Shown piece after piece: positions 19,686-31,047 of a stretch of 64,000 nt of DNA. Below the pieces are notes generated by a model, which was not told where the DNA came from, searched no databases, and saw only the letters and a program-made list of their open reading frames with translations. A program made the translations under genes and the position numbers. This stretch comes from Syntrophales bacterium (GTDB lineage Bacteria; Desulfobacterota; Syntrophia; Syntrophales; UBA2210). Within the stretch, counting starts at the first letter, position 1. Each line of letters starts with the position of its first letter. The DNA is taken from assembly GCA_963662405.2 (NCBI GenBank), contig CAXXKT010000001.1, positions 480,001-544,000 of the forward strand. Reading direction: 5' to 3'.

Positions 19686-21719
19686 CTAGGCATACGGGAT
19701 CTTGAGCTTCTGACCCACATAGATCCGGTTTCGCGACCGGATTTTGTTGACCTGCATCAGGGCGCGGATCGTCGTGCCGTATTTCGAAGCGATCTCCTCC
19801 AGCCGGTCTCCTCGTTTCACCACGTACACCAACGGTTTCGCACACCGTTCGTTGGGAACACCGGCAGGTATCTTTAACCGCTGGCCAATCAAAATCCTGT
19901 TCCTGGTCCTGATACCGTTGGCCTGCATCAGGACCGTGACAGTCGTGCCGTAGTCACGGGCGATATCTTCAAGCCGATCGCCTCGTTTCACCACGTATAT
20001 CGGCGGCTTTGCGGGAGTCTTTTGCGCGGGGAGATCGGGAGTCAATTTCAGCCTCTGCCCAACCAAGATCCGGTCCTTCGAACTGATCACGTTGATCTCC
20101 ATCAGGGCCTTGACCGTCGTTCCGTAGTCACGGGCGATATCTTCAAGCCGATCGCCCCGCTTCACCACGTATACCGTCGGCTTTGCGGGAGTCTTTTGCG
20201 CGGGGAGGTCGGGAGTCAATTGCAGCCTCTGCCCAACCAAGATCCGGTCCTTCGAACTGATCGCGTTGATCTCCATCAGGGCCTTGACCGTCGTTCCGTA
20301 GTCACGGGCGATATCTTCAAGCCGATCGCCCCGCTTCACCACGTATACCGATGGCATAGGTACTTCGCGCCCGATGGGGACCTTCAACCGTTGACCGACA
20401 TAGATCCGGTTCTTGGACCTGATTTTGTTGACCTCCATCAGGGCGCGGATCGTCGTGTCGTGCCGTGATGCGATTTCTTTCAGGGTATCCCCACGCCGCA
20501 CCCGATACCGGGCATACTGCATGGCAGGTTTCTCCGGGGTAACGATCGTCCGGCACCATCCCTCATCCGGCGGATAAGAAAGGGGGAGAAAATCGTCGAT
20601 CGCATAGGCAATCGCCCACGCCATATCGATCTGGCCGGATGGAGACCGGAGCATCAGTTCCTCCCGCGAGTTTGAGATATAGGCGGTTTCTATGAGTAAG
20701 GAAGTAATATCGGGAAGTTTCAAGACCCTGAAGGGGGCCTCCTGGACCCGTGAAGCCCGGAGGTGATTGACACGCTTGATGCGTTTGAGGGCAATCGCGC
20801 CGAAGGCCTTTGAACGGTTCAATGTCTCCGTCTGCAGCATATTGAGTGCGATGTGATCAGAATCACCATTTCCGTTTCCCTTCTCGGAGCCACCGATAAT
20901 ATCCGAGAGGTTTTCGCTCTGTGCGAGGAGCTGTGCGGCTTCACTGCTCGCACCCCGCGTCGACAGACAGTACACGGATGATCCCCGAGCCCCTCTGCTC
21001 CGGCAGGCATCCGCGTGGATGCTGACGAAGATATCCGCACCATACTCTCGGGCAATCTTCCCCCGTTCTCTCAGGGAAATAAAATAATCGCCCTTTCTGG
21101 TAAGAAAGGCCTCGTATCCTCTCGCCTTCAGAATCTTCTGCAGGGTTTTTCCTATACCGAACACTACATCCTTCTCGCGCGTCCCCCGCCGTCCAATGGC
21201 ACCCGGGTCTTCCCCTCCGTGCCCCGGATCAATCACCACGACCTTTTTCTTCAGGACCTTTACCTGCTCCCGCTCTTCACTCTCCTGCTTCTCGACAGCG
21301 GGGAGAAAAACATCAATGACGATACGGTGCGGTTTATTGAGGATGATCCCCAGTTTGAACACCTTGGTCCTGACATCGTCCGTTATCTGCAGTTTCACCC
21401 TCGTCCCCCCGTCGGGGCGGGAGCGCAGAAGAATCCGCTCGACTGCGGGTTGATTGATATTGTAGGTATGGGGAAGGGTATCGCCCAGGACGGCGCCTTC
21501 CAAGTCGACAGAGAGGACGCGATTTCCCTCCACGACCGTGAAGGCGGTTTCACCGGTCAGGTCCAGGACCACCCGCGTATGATCGGGCGCCGTCCAATGT
21601 CTGACATTCAGGATATCGACCGATGCCACTGCCTCTGCACAGACCGCGCAGATTAGACATACTGCCAAAAAAAGAGTCTGTAGTATTCTCATTCTCTTTG
21701 AATCAAGCACCCCCCGCAT
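19686..21719 (-). CDS. N-acetylmuramoyl-L-alanine amidase (AMIN + Amidase_3 + 5 LysM)
   Basis: Signal peptide, TRVVLDL, IDPGHGGEDPGA, FVSIHAD, LIETAYISN, and five YxVxRGD LysM starts. Confidence 0.92.
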   Translation of the reverse strand: MRGVLDSKRMRILQTLFLAVCLICAVCAEAVASVDILNVRHWTAPDHTRVVLDLTGETAFTVVEGNRVLSVDLEGAVLGDTLPHTYNINQPAVERILLRSRPDGGTRVKLQITDDVRTKVFKLGIILNKPHRIVIDVFLPAVEKQESEEREQVKVLKKKVVVIDPGHGGEDPGAIGRRGTREKDVVFGIGKTLQKILKARGYEAFLTRKGDYFISLRERGKIAREYGADIFVSIHADACRSRGARGSSVYCLSTRGASSEAAQLLAQSENLSDIIGGSEKGNGNGDSDHIALNMLQTETLNRSKAFGAIALKRIKRVNHLRASRVQEAPFRVLKLPDITSLLIETAYISNSREELMLRSPSGQIDMAWAIAYAIDDFLPLSYPPDEGWCRTIVTPEKPAMQYARYRVRRGDTLKEIASRHDTTIRALMEVNKIRSKNRIYVGQRLKVPIGREVPMPSVYVVKRGDRLEDIARDYGTTVKALMEINAISSKDRILVGQRLQLTPDLPAQKTPAKPTVYVVKRGDRLEDIARDYGTTVKALMEINVISSKDRILVGQRLKLTPDLPAQKTPAKPPIYVVKRGDRLEDIARDYGTTVTVLMQANGIRTRNRILIGQRLKIPAGVPNERCAKPLVYVVKRGDRLEEIASKYGTTIRALMQVNKIRSRNRIYVGQKLKIPYA
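19960..20349. repeat. 174-bp tandem duplication of LysM modules
   Basis: Period of 174 between anchors at 19993, 20167 and 20341; near-identical DNA. Confidence 0.9.
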
Positions 21720-22200
21720 ATTCGAAAGAAGCCTAGCAGTTTTATCACAAGTTTACAACCCCGCCTGAAAAGAGAAACCATCAATCCGTTCGGACATGAG
21801 GGGGCATGCCGATTTCTCAGAAAGTGCCATGGCGGTACGGAAAAAATCGTTCGAAGGAAGGGTACCGTCAAGGCAAAAAAGGCGTGAGAGGGGGAAGCAT
21901 GGTCTCAACGATCCAATATCATTGATATAACAGACAGATGCAAGCCGCCCGGAACGGTGGCCTTCCGGATTCGGTTGCGGGGGTAACAAGCCGCTCACGA
22001 AGGTATCATGAATCTCGGCGGAGCTGCCGTCGTGTCCCCCCCTTTTTCTGAACGTTTTATTCAACGGTATTGGACGTTTCGTTTAATCCGGCATACCGTT
22101 TTTGCGCTGTTTTATGCATTTCCGTTGATCCGGCTGTTCTATTAAAATCAGTGTTTTCAGTCTTTTACAACTATTCTTACCCTGACACTCCAAACTGGCA

Positions 22201-22216
22201 TGGTTCTTTCATTGCT
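22201..22216 (+). promoter_or_regulatory. possible sigma-54 promoter
   Basis: TGGTTCTTTCATTGCT has GG-N10-GC spacing, about 50 nt before the ATG at 22266. Confidence 0.35.
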
Positions 22217-22265
22217 AGAAGGGCAAAGGGAAAGATTCCTGGAAACAATGAAGGAGGATACAATC

Positions 22266-22541
22266 ATGAAACGGACAGTGCAGACAATCATCATGGCGGC
22301 CTTCGTGGTGCTCGTCACCGCTTCCTTCGGCTATGCCGAATATACCGCAACCAACGCGGCGGGCTTCCCCTACTTCCACCTCGGGTGCCTCATCGTTGGC
22401 GGGATGATCATCACCTCTCTGAAACACAAGTACTCGAAGCTGTACCTCAGCGAGGCGGTTGGTTCCTTCGCGCTCTACGCCGTCCTGGTAGCCCTCTTCA
22501 CGGCCCCGGTCGTGGGTGTGCTCAAGAACCTCGTCAGCTAG
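22266..22541 (+). CDS. small membrane protein, unknown function
   Basis: AAGGAGG RBS; signal-like N-terminus plus two hydrophobic segments. Confidence 0.75.
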   Translation: MKRTVQTIIMAAFVVLVTASFGYAEYTATNAAGFPYFHLGCLIVGGMIITSLKHKYSKLYLSEAVGSFALYAVLVALFTAPVVGVLKNLVS

Positions 22542-22558
22542 AAAGTGATACGCGAGCA

Positions 22559-22819
22559 GTGATCACTACGCGGCACCATCATAACCCGATAAACTGGCGA
22601 TCGAATCTGACCCAGATCCTGCAGATCAGTGTATGGGGTTTTGTTATCGTCGTTTCATCGTTTCTGTTTCTCTATGTCGGCCGATGGATCGATATCACAT
22701 TCAATACTGAGCCTGCTTTCATGTTCGGCCTCTTCTTTCTTGCTATCGGCTTGTGTATCTGGCGGCTCTACGGAGAGGCTCGGCTCAACATGGAACGGCA
22801 GAAAAAAGAACGGCGATAA
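22559..22819 (+). CDS. AtpZ/AtpI (ATPase_gene1) family small membrane protein
   Basis: Two TM helices around GRWIDITFNTEP. The GTG start is tentative. Confidence 0.65.
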   Translation: MITTRHHHNPINWRSNLTQILQISVWGFVIVVSSFLFLYVGRWIDITFNTEPAFMFGLFFLAIGLCIWRLYGEARLNMERQKKERR

Positions 22820-22842
22820 TAGGAATACCCTTTACACACCAC

Positions 22843-22873
22843 AAAGCCCCCGCCTGAAAAGACGGGGGCTTTT
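22843..22873. terminator. bidirectional intrinsic terminator between convergent genes
   Basis: aaagcccccg...cgggggctttt hairpin. Confidence 0.75.
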
Positions 22874-22897
22874 CTGTATTACACGGTGCGTTCGCCC

Positions 22898-24412
22898 TTA
22901 TTCATCCACCCAGTTGAGGGTCCGCTGGACCGCCTTCTTCCAACCACGATACTGCTCCTCCCGGTATGAATGTCCCACGGCGGGGAGCCATCGCTTATCC
23001 TCGGCCCAGTGTCGTTTCAACTCGTCCGGTCCGGACCAGAACCCTACGGCCAGCCCGGCCGCGTAAGCCGCCCCCAGTGCGGTCGTCTCGGAGATTACCG
23101 ACCGGATTACCGGAACTCCCAGCATATCCGCGATGAACTGCATCAGCATCTCGTTATACACCATCCCCCCGTCCACCTTGAGAGCGGAGAGGACGACACC
23201 CGAATCCTTGTTCATTGCCTCGACGATATCCTTCGTCTGGTAGGCGGTGGCATCCAGGACCGCCCGGGCCAGGTGTCCCTTGTTGACAAACCGGGTCAGT
23301 CCAACGATCACCCCACGCGCATCGCTCCGCCAGTAGGGGGCGAAGAGTCCCGAAAATGCGGGGACGAAATAGACCCCGCCGCTGTCCTCCACCATCCCGG
23401 CCAGATCTTCGATCTCAGCCGACTTCGATATCAGACCCATATTGTCCCGTACCCACTGGACAAGGGCCCCGGCGACGGCAATCGAGCCCTCGAGACAGTA
23501 AACCGGCTTGGCCTCACCTATCTGATAGGCGACGGATGTGATCAGACCGTGGGTTGACGGGATGGGCATCGTACCGGTATTGAGGAGCAAAAAGCAGCCC
23601 GTCCCGTAGGTGTTTTTGGCCTCCCCCATTTCGAAGCAGGCCTGCCCCACAAGGGCGGCCTGTTGATCTCCCAGGGCGCCGCAGACCGGGACCCGCGCGC
23701 CTACCGGTCCGTCCGGAGAGGTTGTCCCGCTGAAGTTTTCGTTGCTGGAGGGAACGATGGAGGGAAGCATCCGGCGAGGGATCTCGATGATATCCAAGAT
23801 CACATCGTCCCACGCGAGGGTATGGAGATCCATCAGCATGGTCCGGCTTGCGTTCGTCACGTCGGTTTCATGGACACCGCCGTCGGGACCCCCGGTCAGC
23901 CACCAGGTCAGCCACGTCTCCATGGTCCCGAAGAGGGCCTTTCCCTCGAGGGCATCCTCACGCACCCCGGGAATGGTGTCCAGGATCCACTTGATCTTGG
24001 GACCCGAGAAGTATGTCGCGATGGGGAGCCCCGTCTTCGCGCGGAAGCGGTCCTGCCCGCCTTCTTTGCTGAGTTCACCGCAGATCTCTCCCGTCCGGGT
24101 GCACTGCCAGACGATGGCGTTGGTGTATGGTTTCCCCGTCTCCCGGTCCCAGACGACCGTGGTCTCCCGCTGATTGGTGATCCCGATCGCCGCCAGGTTC
24201 TTCCCGGCGATCCCCGCCTTGGCCATGGCCCCGCGGATCACTTCCTGCGTGTTTCGCCATATCTCGATCGGATCATGTTCCACCCATCCGGCCCGGGGGA
24301 AAATCTGTTCATGTTCTTTCTGATCGACCGCAACGATCTTCCCGCTCTGATCGAAAATGATAAAGCGGGTACTCGTCGTCCCCTGGTCCACGGCACCGAC
24401 ATAGTTCGCCAT
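22898..24412 (-). CDS. glpK: glycerol kinase
   Basis: [23 protein letters not shown] and KNTYGTG motifs. Confidence 0.96.
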   Translation of the reverse strand: MANYVGAVDQGTTSTRFIIFDQSGKIVAVDQKEHEQIFPRAGWVEHDPIEIWRNTQEVIRGAMAKAGIAGKNLAAIGITNQRETTVVWDRETGKPYTNAIVWQCTRTGEICGELSKEGGQDRFRAKTGLPIATYFSGPKIKWILDTIPGVREDALEGKALFGTMETWLTWWLTGGPDGGVHETDVTNASRTMLMDLHTLAWDDVILDIIEIPRRMLPSIVPSSNENFSGTTSPDGPVGARVPVCGALGDQQAALVGQACFEMGEAKNTYGTGCFLLLNTGTMPIPSTHGLITSVAYQIGEAKPVYCLEGSIAVAGALVQWVRDNMGLISKSAEIEDLAGMVEDSGGVYFVPAFSGLFAPYWRSDARGVIVGLTRFVNKGHLARAVLDATAYQTKDIVEAMNKDSGVVLSALKVDGGMVYNEMLMQFIADMLGVPVIRSVISETTALGAAYAAGLAVGFWSGPDELKRHWAEDKRWLPAVGHSYREEQYRGWKKAVQRTLNWVDE

Positions 24413-24432
24413 CTTCACCCCCTCCTTTCTCG

Positions 24433-25281
24433 TCAGATGTGCTTCATGAGCCACGATTCCAGGTCATCCAGCACGTGGGCCCGCTGCTGTTTCTCTTCAT
24501 TGTATACCTCGTGGTACAGCCCTTCGTACAGGCGAAGCGTCTTGTCGGCGGCGGGGATTCCCTCGAAAAACTGTTTTGATGCGTCCACACTGGTCAGGTG
24601 ATCGTCCCCGGCAATCTGCATCAGGATGGGGAGTTGCATCTCAGAGACGGACCGATTCGCGGCCTCCATGGCCGCGATAAATTCGGTAAACCAGCGGGCG
24701 CTCACTCGCGCATGGACGAGGGGGTCATCGAGGTATGCGCGGACCACCGCTTCATCGTGGCTGATCTTCGACGCATCAAGGCCGTTGGGAAAACCGAAGG
24801 TCGGCCGGAGGGTCGAGAGGATCCGTGCGATACCGGTCAGGAGGGGAGATGGTTTTTGCGGCACCCCGAGGGCGGGAGATGAAATGATCAGGCCGTCGAT
24901 CACGTCCGGGAAACGAGCGGCGAACCGGAGGGCTATCAGCCCCCCCATGCTGTGTCCCAAGAGAAAGAGCTTCATCCCTTCGGGGAGATGCTCCCGGGAA
25001 TGACCGATCAGGGTGTGGAGATCATCGATATACTGGTAAAAGGAAGAGATATGCCCCCGGGGACCGTCGCTCCGGCCGTGCCCTCGATGGTCCGGGGCCC
25101 ATATGCTGATTCCCCGGGGAAGGAGCCGACCGGCAACGGTACCGTAACGCCCGGCATGTTCGCCCAGACCGTGGGCTATCACCAGGCGCGCTCGCTCGTC
25201 CTCGGCCCGGTATACTCGGTAGAAGATATTGAGTCCATCGGGACTCCTGAAGTGCTCGTGTCGCGCAGGATATTCCGGCAT
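24433..25281 (-). CDS. alpha/beta hydrolase, monoacylglycerol lipase/lysophospholipase family
   Basis: [20 protein letters not shown] and YHEVYNE motifs. Confidence 0.9.
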   Translation of the reverse strand: MPEYPARHEHFRSPDGLNIFYRVYRAEDERARLVIAHGLGEHAGRYGTVAGRLLPRGISIWAPDHRGHGRSDGPRGHISSFYQYIDDLHTLIGHSREHLPEGMKLFLLGHSMGGLIALRFAARFPDVIDGLIISSPALGVPQKPSPLLTGIARILSTLRPTFGFPNGLDASKISHDEAVVRAYLDDPLVHARVSARWFTEFIAAMEAANRSVSEMQLPILMQIAGDDHLTSVDASKQFFEGIPAADKTLRLYEGLYHEVYNEEKQQRAHVLDDLESWLMKHI

Positions 25282-25325
25282 CTCATCCCCTTTTCACCCT
25301 ACGTTGTTGTCACCGCGGCAGTCTT

Positions 25326-26094
25326 TTACGGTTCACCCCACCAGCGAGGGTTCCTTTTTTCGAGAAAGGCCATGGCCCCCTCGACAATATCTTCACTCGC
25401 GTGCATCTCTTCAAAGACGGCGGCACTCAGGTCGTACCCGCCCAGGCCACGATTGATCACCTCTTTCGTATAACGAACCGCCAGAGGACCCGCCCGACGC
25501 ATCTTCTTGGCCATATCGAGAGCCGCGGCAATCAGCCCGTCATGGGGGGACCACCTTATTGACGAGACCGATCCTGAGGGCCTCAGCGGCCGAGATACGT
25601 TCGCAGGTGATGATCAATTCCTTCGCCCGCGCCCTTCCGATTTCGTCTGCAAGCCGTATCATCGCGTAGGGGCAGACGGCGCCTCGGATCGGTCCGATAA
25701 ATCCGAACTCGGCCCGGTCGGATGCGATAATGATATCACACATCAGGGCGTACTCGGCGCCATGGCCGAGGGCGTAGCCGTTGACCGCCGCGATGGTGGG
25801 CTTGGGTGAATTGATCAGTTTGAGGATGGGGGATGCGCCGGACTTTGTGTCAAACTCCCTCCGGATCATCTCGGTCGTCTGTGACGGATTACTGAAGTCG
25901 GCCCCTGAGGAAAAGGCCTCCCCCGTCCCGGTCAGGATAATGAAGCGGATCGATTCATCCTCGTTGGCCCGGTCGATAACCGCGCCCATCTCTTCCGAGA
26001 GTTCAAAGGATATGGCATTCTTCTTTTCGGGACGGTTCAACCTGACAACGGCCACGTCTTCCCTCACTTCGTAGATGAGCGTTTGCAGGTTCAT
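25326..26094 (-). pseudogene. enoyl-CoA hydratase/isomerase split by a +1 frameshift
   Basis: Crotonase motifs LNRPEKKNA and AAVNGYALG. Removing one base from the G6 run at 25544-25549 joins ...VVP to HDGLIAAALDMAKK...AFLEKRNP. May be a sequencing error. Confidence 0.75.
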
Positions 26095-26122
26095 ACACTT
26101 TCCTTGAGCTTTGATTTTGCGT

Positions 26123-28762
26123 CTATTGCCTGTTCAGGATCTCTTCTCCTTTTGCCAGGGCCGCTTCCAGCTTTTCAGGCATGGGACCTCCGGCCTGGGC
26201 CATATCGGGGCGGCCACCCCCCTTCCCGCCGACGACCGGCGCGATCTCACCGACGATCTTTCCCGCGTTGTAGCGGTTCGTCAGATCCTTTGTCACCATG
26301 CACAGGAGGATTGCCTTGTCCCCCCCGCGGCTCCCCAGAAGGATGATCCCGGAGGAAAGCTTGTCCCGTACCTTATCGCCGAAATCGCGGAGGGTTTTCA
26401 CATCCGGCGCATCAACCAGGGTCGCGAGCACCTTGACTCCCTTGATCTCCTTGACCCCACCGAGAAGATCGGAGGAATCCTTCGCCGCCAGTTTTCCCTT
26501 GAGGGCATCAATCTCCCGTTCAAGATCCCGTTGGTTTTTCAACAGCCGCTCGACCCGCTGATTCAGCTCCAGGGGAACCGCCTTGACAAGCCGGGCCGAG
26601 GACTTCAGTTCTTTTTCTATCGCTTCGGCGTATTTGACCGCCTCTCCCCCGGTCACCGCCTCGATCCTCCTCACGCCGGCGGCGACGGATGATTCACCGA
26701 CCACCTTGAGGAAACCGATATCGCCGGTCCTGAGAACATGGGTCCCGCCGCACAGCTCCATGCTGTAATCTCCCATCCGGACGACACGAACGGACTCGCC
26801 GTATTTCTCGTCGAAGACGGCCGTCGCGCCGGTCTGCATCGCCTCTTCGCGGGGCAAGATCCGGGTATCGACCGGTATATTGCTCCTGATGTAGGCATTG
26901 GCGATCCGTTCGACCTCTTCCATCTCCTCGTCTTCGATCTTCGCGAAGTGGGTGAAGTCGAACCGGAGGCGCTCCGCATTCACAAGAGACCCGGACTGGG
27001 TGATATGGTCTCCCAGCACTCGCTTCAACGCGGCCTGGAGGATGTGGGTCCCCGAGTGATTCGCCTCGATGGCCCGGCGGATCCCCGCGTCCGTCTTCAG
27101 GTCGACGGCATCGCCAACGGCAAGGGTCCCCCGTTTCATCTTTCCGATGTGGGTAAAGAGATCGTCCAAAGGTTTCTGGGTATCCCACACGTCAAAGAGA
27201 GTCGAGCCGCTTTCGATGATCCCGACATCTCCGATCTGTCCTCCGATCTCACCGTAGAAGGAGGTCTTATCGACGAATATCTCGCCCCGTTCACCTTCCG
27301 CGAGGGCGTCGACCCGCTGGTCGTCCTTCAGGATGGCGACGACCCGCGCCGTGGCCTCGGTATTCCCCTCGTACCCCACAAATTCCGTCCTGATTCCATC
27401 CATGGAAACCTTTCGGTAGACATCGGCGACTTCCTCCTCCCCGCTCCCCTTCCAGGCCTCCCGCGCCTTGCTGCGCTGGTTTTCCATGGCGGCATCGAAC
27501 CCGACGATATCCAACGTGAGGTCCCGAGATCGGGCGACCTCGGCCGTCAGGTCGGTGGGAAAGCCAAAGGTGTCGTAGAGGCGAAAGACCACATCGCCGG
27601 GAATGACGGCACTCCCCTCTTCCTTGAGCGATTTGATCTCATCCTCCAGGATCTTCAGACCGGTATCGAGGGTCTCCATGAAGCGTTGTTCCTCGTTGAC
27701 AACAACCTTCCGTATATAAGACTCCTTGTCGGTCATCTCCGGATAGCAGTCCCGCATCTTCTCGATCACCACCGGAACCAGATCGTGCAAAAACGGCTTG
27801 TTCAGCCCCAGAAGCTTGCCGAAACGGGCGGCACGGCGCAGGATTCGCCTGAGGACATACCCCCTCCCCTCATTGCTCGGGAGGACACCGTCACCGATGA
27901 GAAAGGTAACGGCACGACAGTGGTCGGCAATGACCCGGATCGCGATGTCGTCCTCGTCATTTTCTCTGTACTTTCTCCCCGACACACATTCAATATGTTG
28001 AATGATTTCATGAAAAAGATCGCAGTCGTAGTTGCTGGTCACCCCCTGCATCACAGCCGCCAACCGCTCGAGCCCCATCCCCGTATCGATATTCGGGTTG
28101 GGAAGGGGAGTCAGGGTCCCGGAGGCATCGCGGTCGAACTGAGTGAAGACGAGATTCCACACCTCGACAAATCGTCCGCATTCGCACTCGACATTACAGT
28201 CCGGTCGGCCGCAGCCAACTTTTTCACCCTGGTCGTAATGGATCTCCGAGCACGGGCCGCAGGGGCCGGTATCCCCCATGGTCCAGAAGTTGTCCTTCTC
28301 GCCCAGACGGAGGATCCGCTCGGCGGGGACCTTCATCTTTGTGTTCCATATCTCAAAGGCCTCGTCGTCGTCCTTGTATATGCTGACCCACAACTTGTCC
28401 GTGGGGAGCCCCATCACCTCCGTCAGGAACTCCCATCCCCAGGTGATGGCCTCATCCTTAAAATAGTCACCGAATGAAAAGTTCCCCAGCATCTCGAAAA
28501 AGGTGTGGTGCCGGGCCGTATACCCGACGTTCTCCAGGTCGTTGTGCTTTCCCCCGGCCCGGACACACTTCTGTGACGTTGCCGCTCGCTTGTATCCACG
28601 ATCCTCCTGCCCCAGAAAAAGATTCTTGAACGGGACCATCCCCGCGTTTGTGAAGAGGAGCGTAGGGTCCTCCTTCGGAATCAGCGAAGAGCTGGAGACG
28701 ATCGCATGCCCCCGCTCCTTGAAATACGCAAGAAACTTCTCTCTGATCTCACTGCCCGTCAT
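26123..28762 (-). CDS. alaS: alanine--tRNA ligase
   Basis: LLFTNAGM, HHTFFEMLGNFSFGDYFK, ELCGGTH and GGGRPDMAQAG motifs. Confidence 0.98.
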   Translation of the reverse strand: MTGSEIREKFLAYFKERGHAIVSSSSLIPKEDPTLLFTNAGMVPFKNLFLGQEDRGYKRAATSQKCVRAGGKHNDLENVGYTARHHTFFEMLGNFSFGDYFKDEAITWGWEFLTEVMGLPTDKLWVSIYKDDDEAFEIWNTKMKVPAERILRLGEKDNFWTMGDTGPCGPCSEIHYDQGEKVGCGRPDCNVECECGRFVEVWNLVFTQFDRDASGTLTPLPNPNIDTGMGLERLAAVMQGVTSNYDCDLFHEIIQHIECVSGRKYRENDEDDIAIRVIADHCRAVTFLIGDGVLPSNEGRGYVLRRILRRAARFGKLLGLNKPFLHDLVPVVIEKMRDCYPEMTDKESYIRKVVVNEEQRFMETLDTGLKILEDEIKSLKEEGSAVIPGDVVFRLYDTFGFPTDLTAEVARSRDLTLDIVGFDAAMENQRSKAREAWKGSGEEEVADVYRKVSMDGIRTEFVGYEGNTEATARVVAILKDDQRVDALAEGERGEIFVDKTSFYGEIGGQIGDVGIIESGSTLFDVWDTQKPLDDLFTHIGKMKRGTLAVGDAVDLKTDAGIRRAIEANHSGTHILQAALKRVLGDHITQSGSLVNAERLRFDFTHFAKIEDEEMEEVERIANAYIRSNIPVDTRILPREEAMQTGATAVFDEKYGESVRVVRMGDYSMELCGGTHVLRTGDIGFLKVVGESSVAAGVRRIEAVTGGEAVKYAEAIEKELKSSARLVKAVPLELNQRVERLLKNQRDLEREIDALKGKLAAKDSSDLLGGVKEIKGVKVLATLVDAPDVKTLRDFGDKVRDKLSSGIILLGSRGGDKAILLCMVTKDLTNRYNAGKIVGEIAPVVGGKGGGRPDMAQAGGPMPEKLEAALAKGEEILNRQ

Positions 28763-29297
28763 TATTGTATCTCTCCTTGATTTCCACTATGCCCGACGGA
28801 GCAGGATCATCCATGTTACAGGCATTTCCCATCTCTCTGAGCACGTCCAGTATCTTACCTACGGGGAATCCTCTCCCCGCGAGGCTCTGCATCAACCGCC
28901 TCTTTCCTTTATACGAAAAGACCTCGCATGCCGGCTGACTGCGCAATCTCTTTTCAACCAGCTCCCGTATGGCGCACCACTCGCTTTTTCCTTCCCTCGC
29001 TTCGGTAATGGCCTCGTCTATCAGGTCACGGGAGATCCCCTTTTCATTCAGGGCCGCCACTATCTTCCGGTCACCCCACAGCCTGTCTGCGGCGAGGCCC
29101 TTCGCACGCTGACCCGCAAAATTCCTGTCGTCCAGATATCCAAGATCGCAAAACCTGTCAATAACCTTTTTGGTGACGGCATCACCAAAGCCCTGGTCCG
29201 CGAGCTTAGAGCGCACCTCCTCCACGCTTCTGCTCCTGTATGCAAGGTAGCGCAGCGCCTTTTGGCGCGCCTTCTCATACAGAGGATCATCATCCAC
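28749..29297 (-). CDS. recX: regulatory protein RecX
   Basis: ALRYLAYRSRS, GYLDDRNFA and RGF motifs; lies downstream of recA. Confidence 0.9.
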   Translation of the reverse strand: MDDDPLYEKARQKALRYLAYRSRSVEEVRSKLADQGFGDAVTKKVIDRFCDLGYLDDRNFAGQRAKGLAADRLWGDRKIVAALNEKGISRDLIDEAITEAREGKSEWCAIRELVEKRLRSQPACEVFSYKGKRRLMQSLAGRGFPVGKILDVLREMGNACNMDDPAPSGIVEIKERYNNDGQ

Positions 29298-30325
29298 TAT
29301 TCAGACTCCGGCTCTCCGACTCGCTCCCTCTTCAGGTTGAACCGCTCTGAGACCTCCTCCGAGATCCGTGCCATGACATCGGGGTTCTCTTTCATGAATG
29401 TCCGGGCATTCTCTCTCCCCTGTCCGATCCGCTCCCCCCCGTATGAATACCAGGCCCCCGATTTCTCGACAATCCCGCTCTCGGCCGCCAGATCGAGCAG
29501 ATCACCCTCTTTCGAGATACCCTCCCCGAAGATGATATCGAACTCCGCTTCCTTGAATGGGGGAGCCAGTTTGTTTTTCACCACCTTGACCCGGGTTCTG
29601 TTCCCGATGACATCCTGCCCCTGTTTGATGGCGGAGACCCGGCGGATATCGAGGCGCATGCTCGAATAGAACTTGAGGGCATTCCCCCCCGTTGTCGTCT
29701 CCGGGTTGCCGAAAAAGACCCCGATCTTCATCCGCATCTGGTTGATGAAGATGACCGTCGTCATCGTCTTGCCGATGGTCCCGGTCAGCTTCCTCAGGGC
29801 CTGAGACATGAGCCTGGCCTGGAGTCCCATCTGCGCGTCTCCCATATCGCCTTCCAGTTCCGACCGGGGAACCAATGCCGCAACGGAATCGATCACGAGG
29901 ATATCGACCGCACCGCTTCTGACCAGGACCTCGGCGATCTCCAGCGCCTGTTCTCCCGTATCCGGCTGCGATATGAGAAGGTCATCCGTATTCACACCGA
30001 TCTTGCGGGCATACCCCACATCCAGGGCGTGTTCCGCGTCCACAAAGGCAGCAAGGCCACCCCTCTTTTGGGCCTCCGCGACGATATGGAGCGAAAGCGT
30101 GGTCTTCCCCCCCGATTCGGGACCGAATATCTCGATCACCCGCCCCCGGGGGATACCGCCGACACCGAGAGCAATATCGAGACTGATGGAACCGGTCGGC
30201 GTGGCAGGGACATCGGTTATGACCTCATCTCCCCCCAGCCTCATGATGGAGCCCTTCCCGAACTGCTTTTCAATCTGGGTTATGGCCAGCTCCACAGCCT
30301 TTTCCCTCTCCGCATCAGACCTCAT
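29297..30325 (-). CDS. recA: recombinase RecA
   Basis: [18 protein letters not shown] and GGNALKFY motifs. Confidence 0.98.
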   Translation of the reverse strand: MRSDAEREKAVELAITQIEKQFGKGSIMRLGGDEVITDVPATPTGSISLDIALGVGGIPRGRVIEIFGPESGGKTTLSLHIVAEAQKRGGLAAFVDAEHALDVGYARKIGVNTDDLLISQPDTGEQALEIAEVLVRSGAVDILVIDSVAALVPRSELEGDMGDAQMGLQARLMSQALRKLTGTIGKTMTTVIFINQMRMKIGVFFGNPETTTGGNALKFYSSMRLDIRRVSAIKQGQDVIGNRTRVKVVKNKLAPPFKEAEFDIIFGEGISKEGDLLDLAAESGIVEKSGAWYSYGGERIGQGRENARTFMKENPDVMARISEEVSERFNLKRERVGEPESE

Positions 30326-30395
30326 AGCGACCTCCTCTTATCGGCATCTCGTGCCGTCCGTCAAAAAATAGTATCGAAGGATAAAATTCATACAA

Positions 30396-30995
30396 TCAAC
30401 AATCATCGGCCCGGCGCGTTCCCCCGAAGAGAAACCGGGCAAGCGCCGTATATAGCGGACCGCCGGGTCGCAGATCACTCTTGAAAAGGACCAGGTCCGT
30501 TGCCTCGAATCGGTGTCCGCTCAGATCTCCCACCATATCGGGAAGAGACGCGGCGCCCGAAACGCCGTCACGCGACCGGGCCCTCCCCAGGGTCAGGTGC
30601 GCCGTGAACTTTCTCTTTTCCACCGGGAAACCGCACACCGCCAGGTCCTTTTCAATCGCCGCCTGTAGGTCCACCAGCCTGCCGGTCTCCCCCCCGACAC
30701 CGAGCCACAGGACCCCCGGGCGACTCAGACCGGGGAATCCCCCCAGCGTATCCAGGGAGAGCTTCAATGGAGGAGTATCCCGGGTGTGTCTTTCAACGGC
30801 CTCTGAAATACAGCCCACATCTCCCGGGGAGATATCGCCGAAAAACTTCAGCGTAAGATGCATCCCCTCCGCCCGTGTCCAGCGCACCCCCCGCACCACG
30901 GGGCGCAATTCCTCTTTGACTTTTTCTATCCGGTCCCGGATATCCCGCGGAAGTTCTATCGCCAGAAACGACCGTATGGGTTTCGTATCTCCCAT
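30396..30995 (-). CDS. thpR: RNA 2',3'-cyclic phosphodiesterase
   Basis: Two HLTL 2H motifs; cinA-thpR-recA gene context. Confidence 0.9.
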   Translation of the reverse strand: MGDTKPIRSFLAIELPRDIRDRIEKVKEELRPVVRGVRWTRAEGMHLTLKFFGDISPGDVGCISEAVERHTRDTPPLKLSLDTLGGFPGLSRPGVLWLGVGGETGRLVDLQAAIEKDLAVCGFPVEKRKFTAHLTLGRARSRDGVSGAASLPDMVGDLSGHRFEATDLVLFKSDLRPGGPLYTALARFLFGGTRRADDC

Positions 30996-31047
30996 ACCAC
31001 ACTTTTTCCCCACTAGAATCGATACTCTATGTAATGCACCGACACCG

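Noticed and set aside
30326..30395. LexA box upstream of recA
   Set aside because: No convincing palindrome seen.
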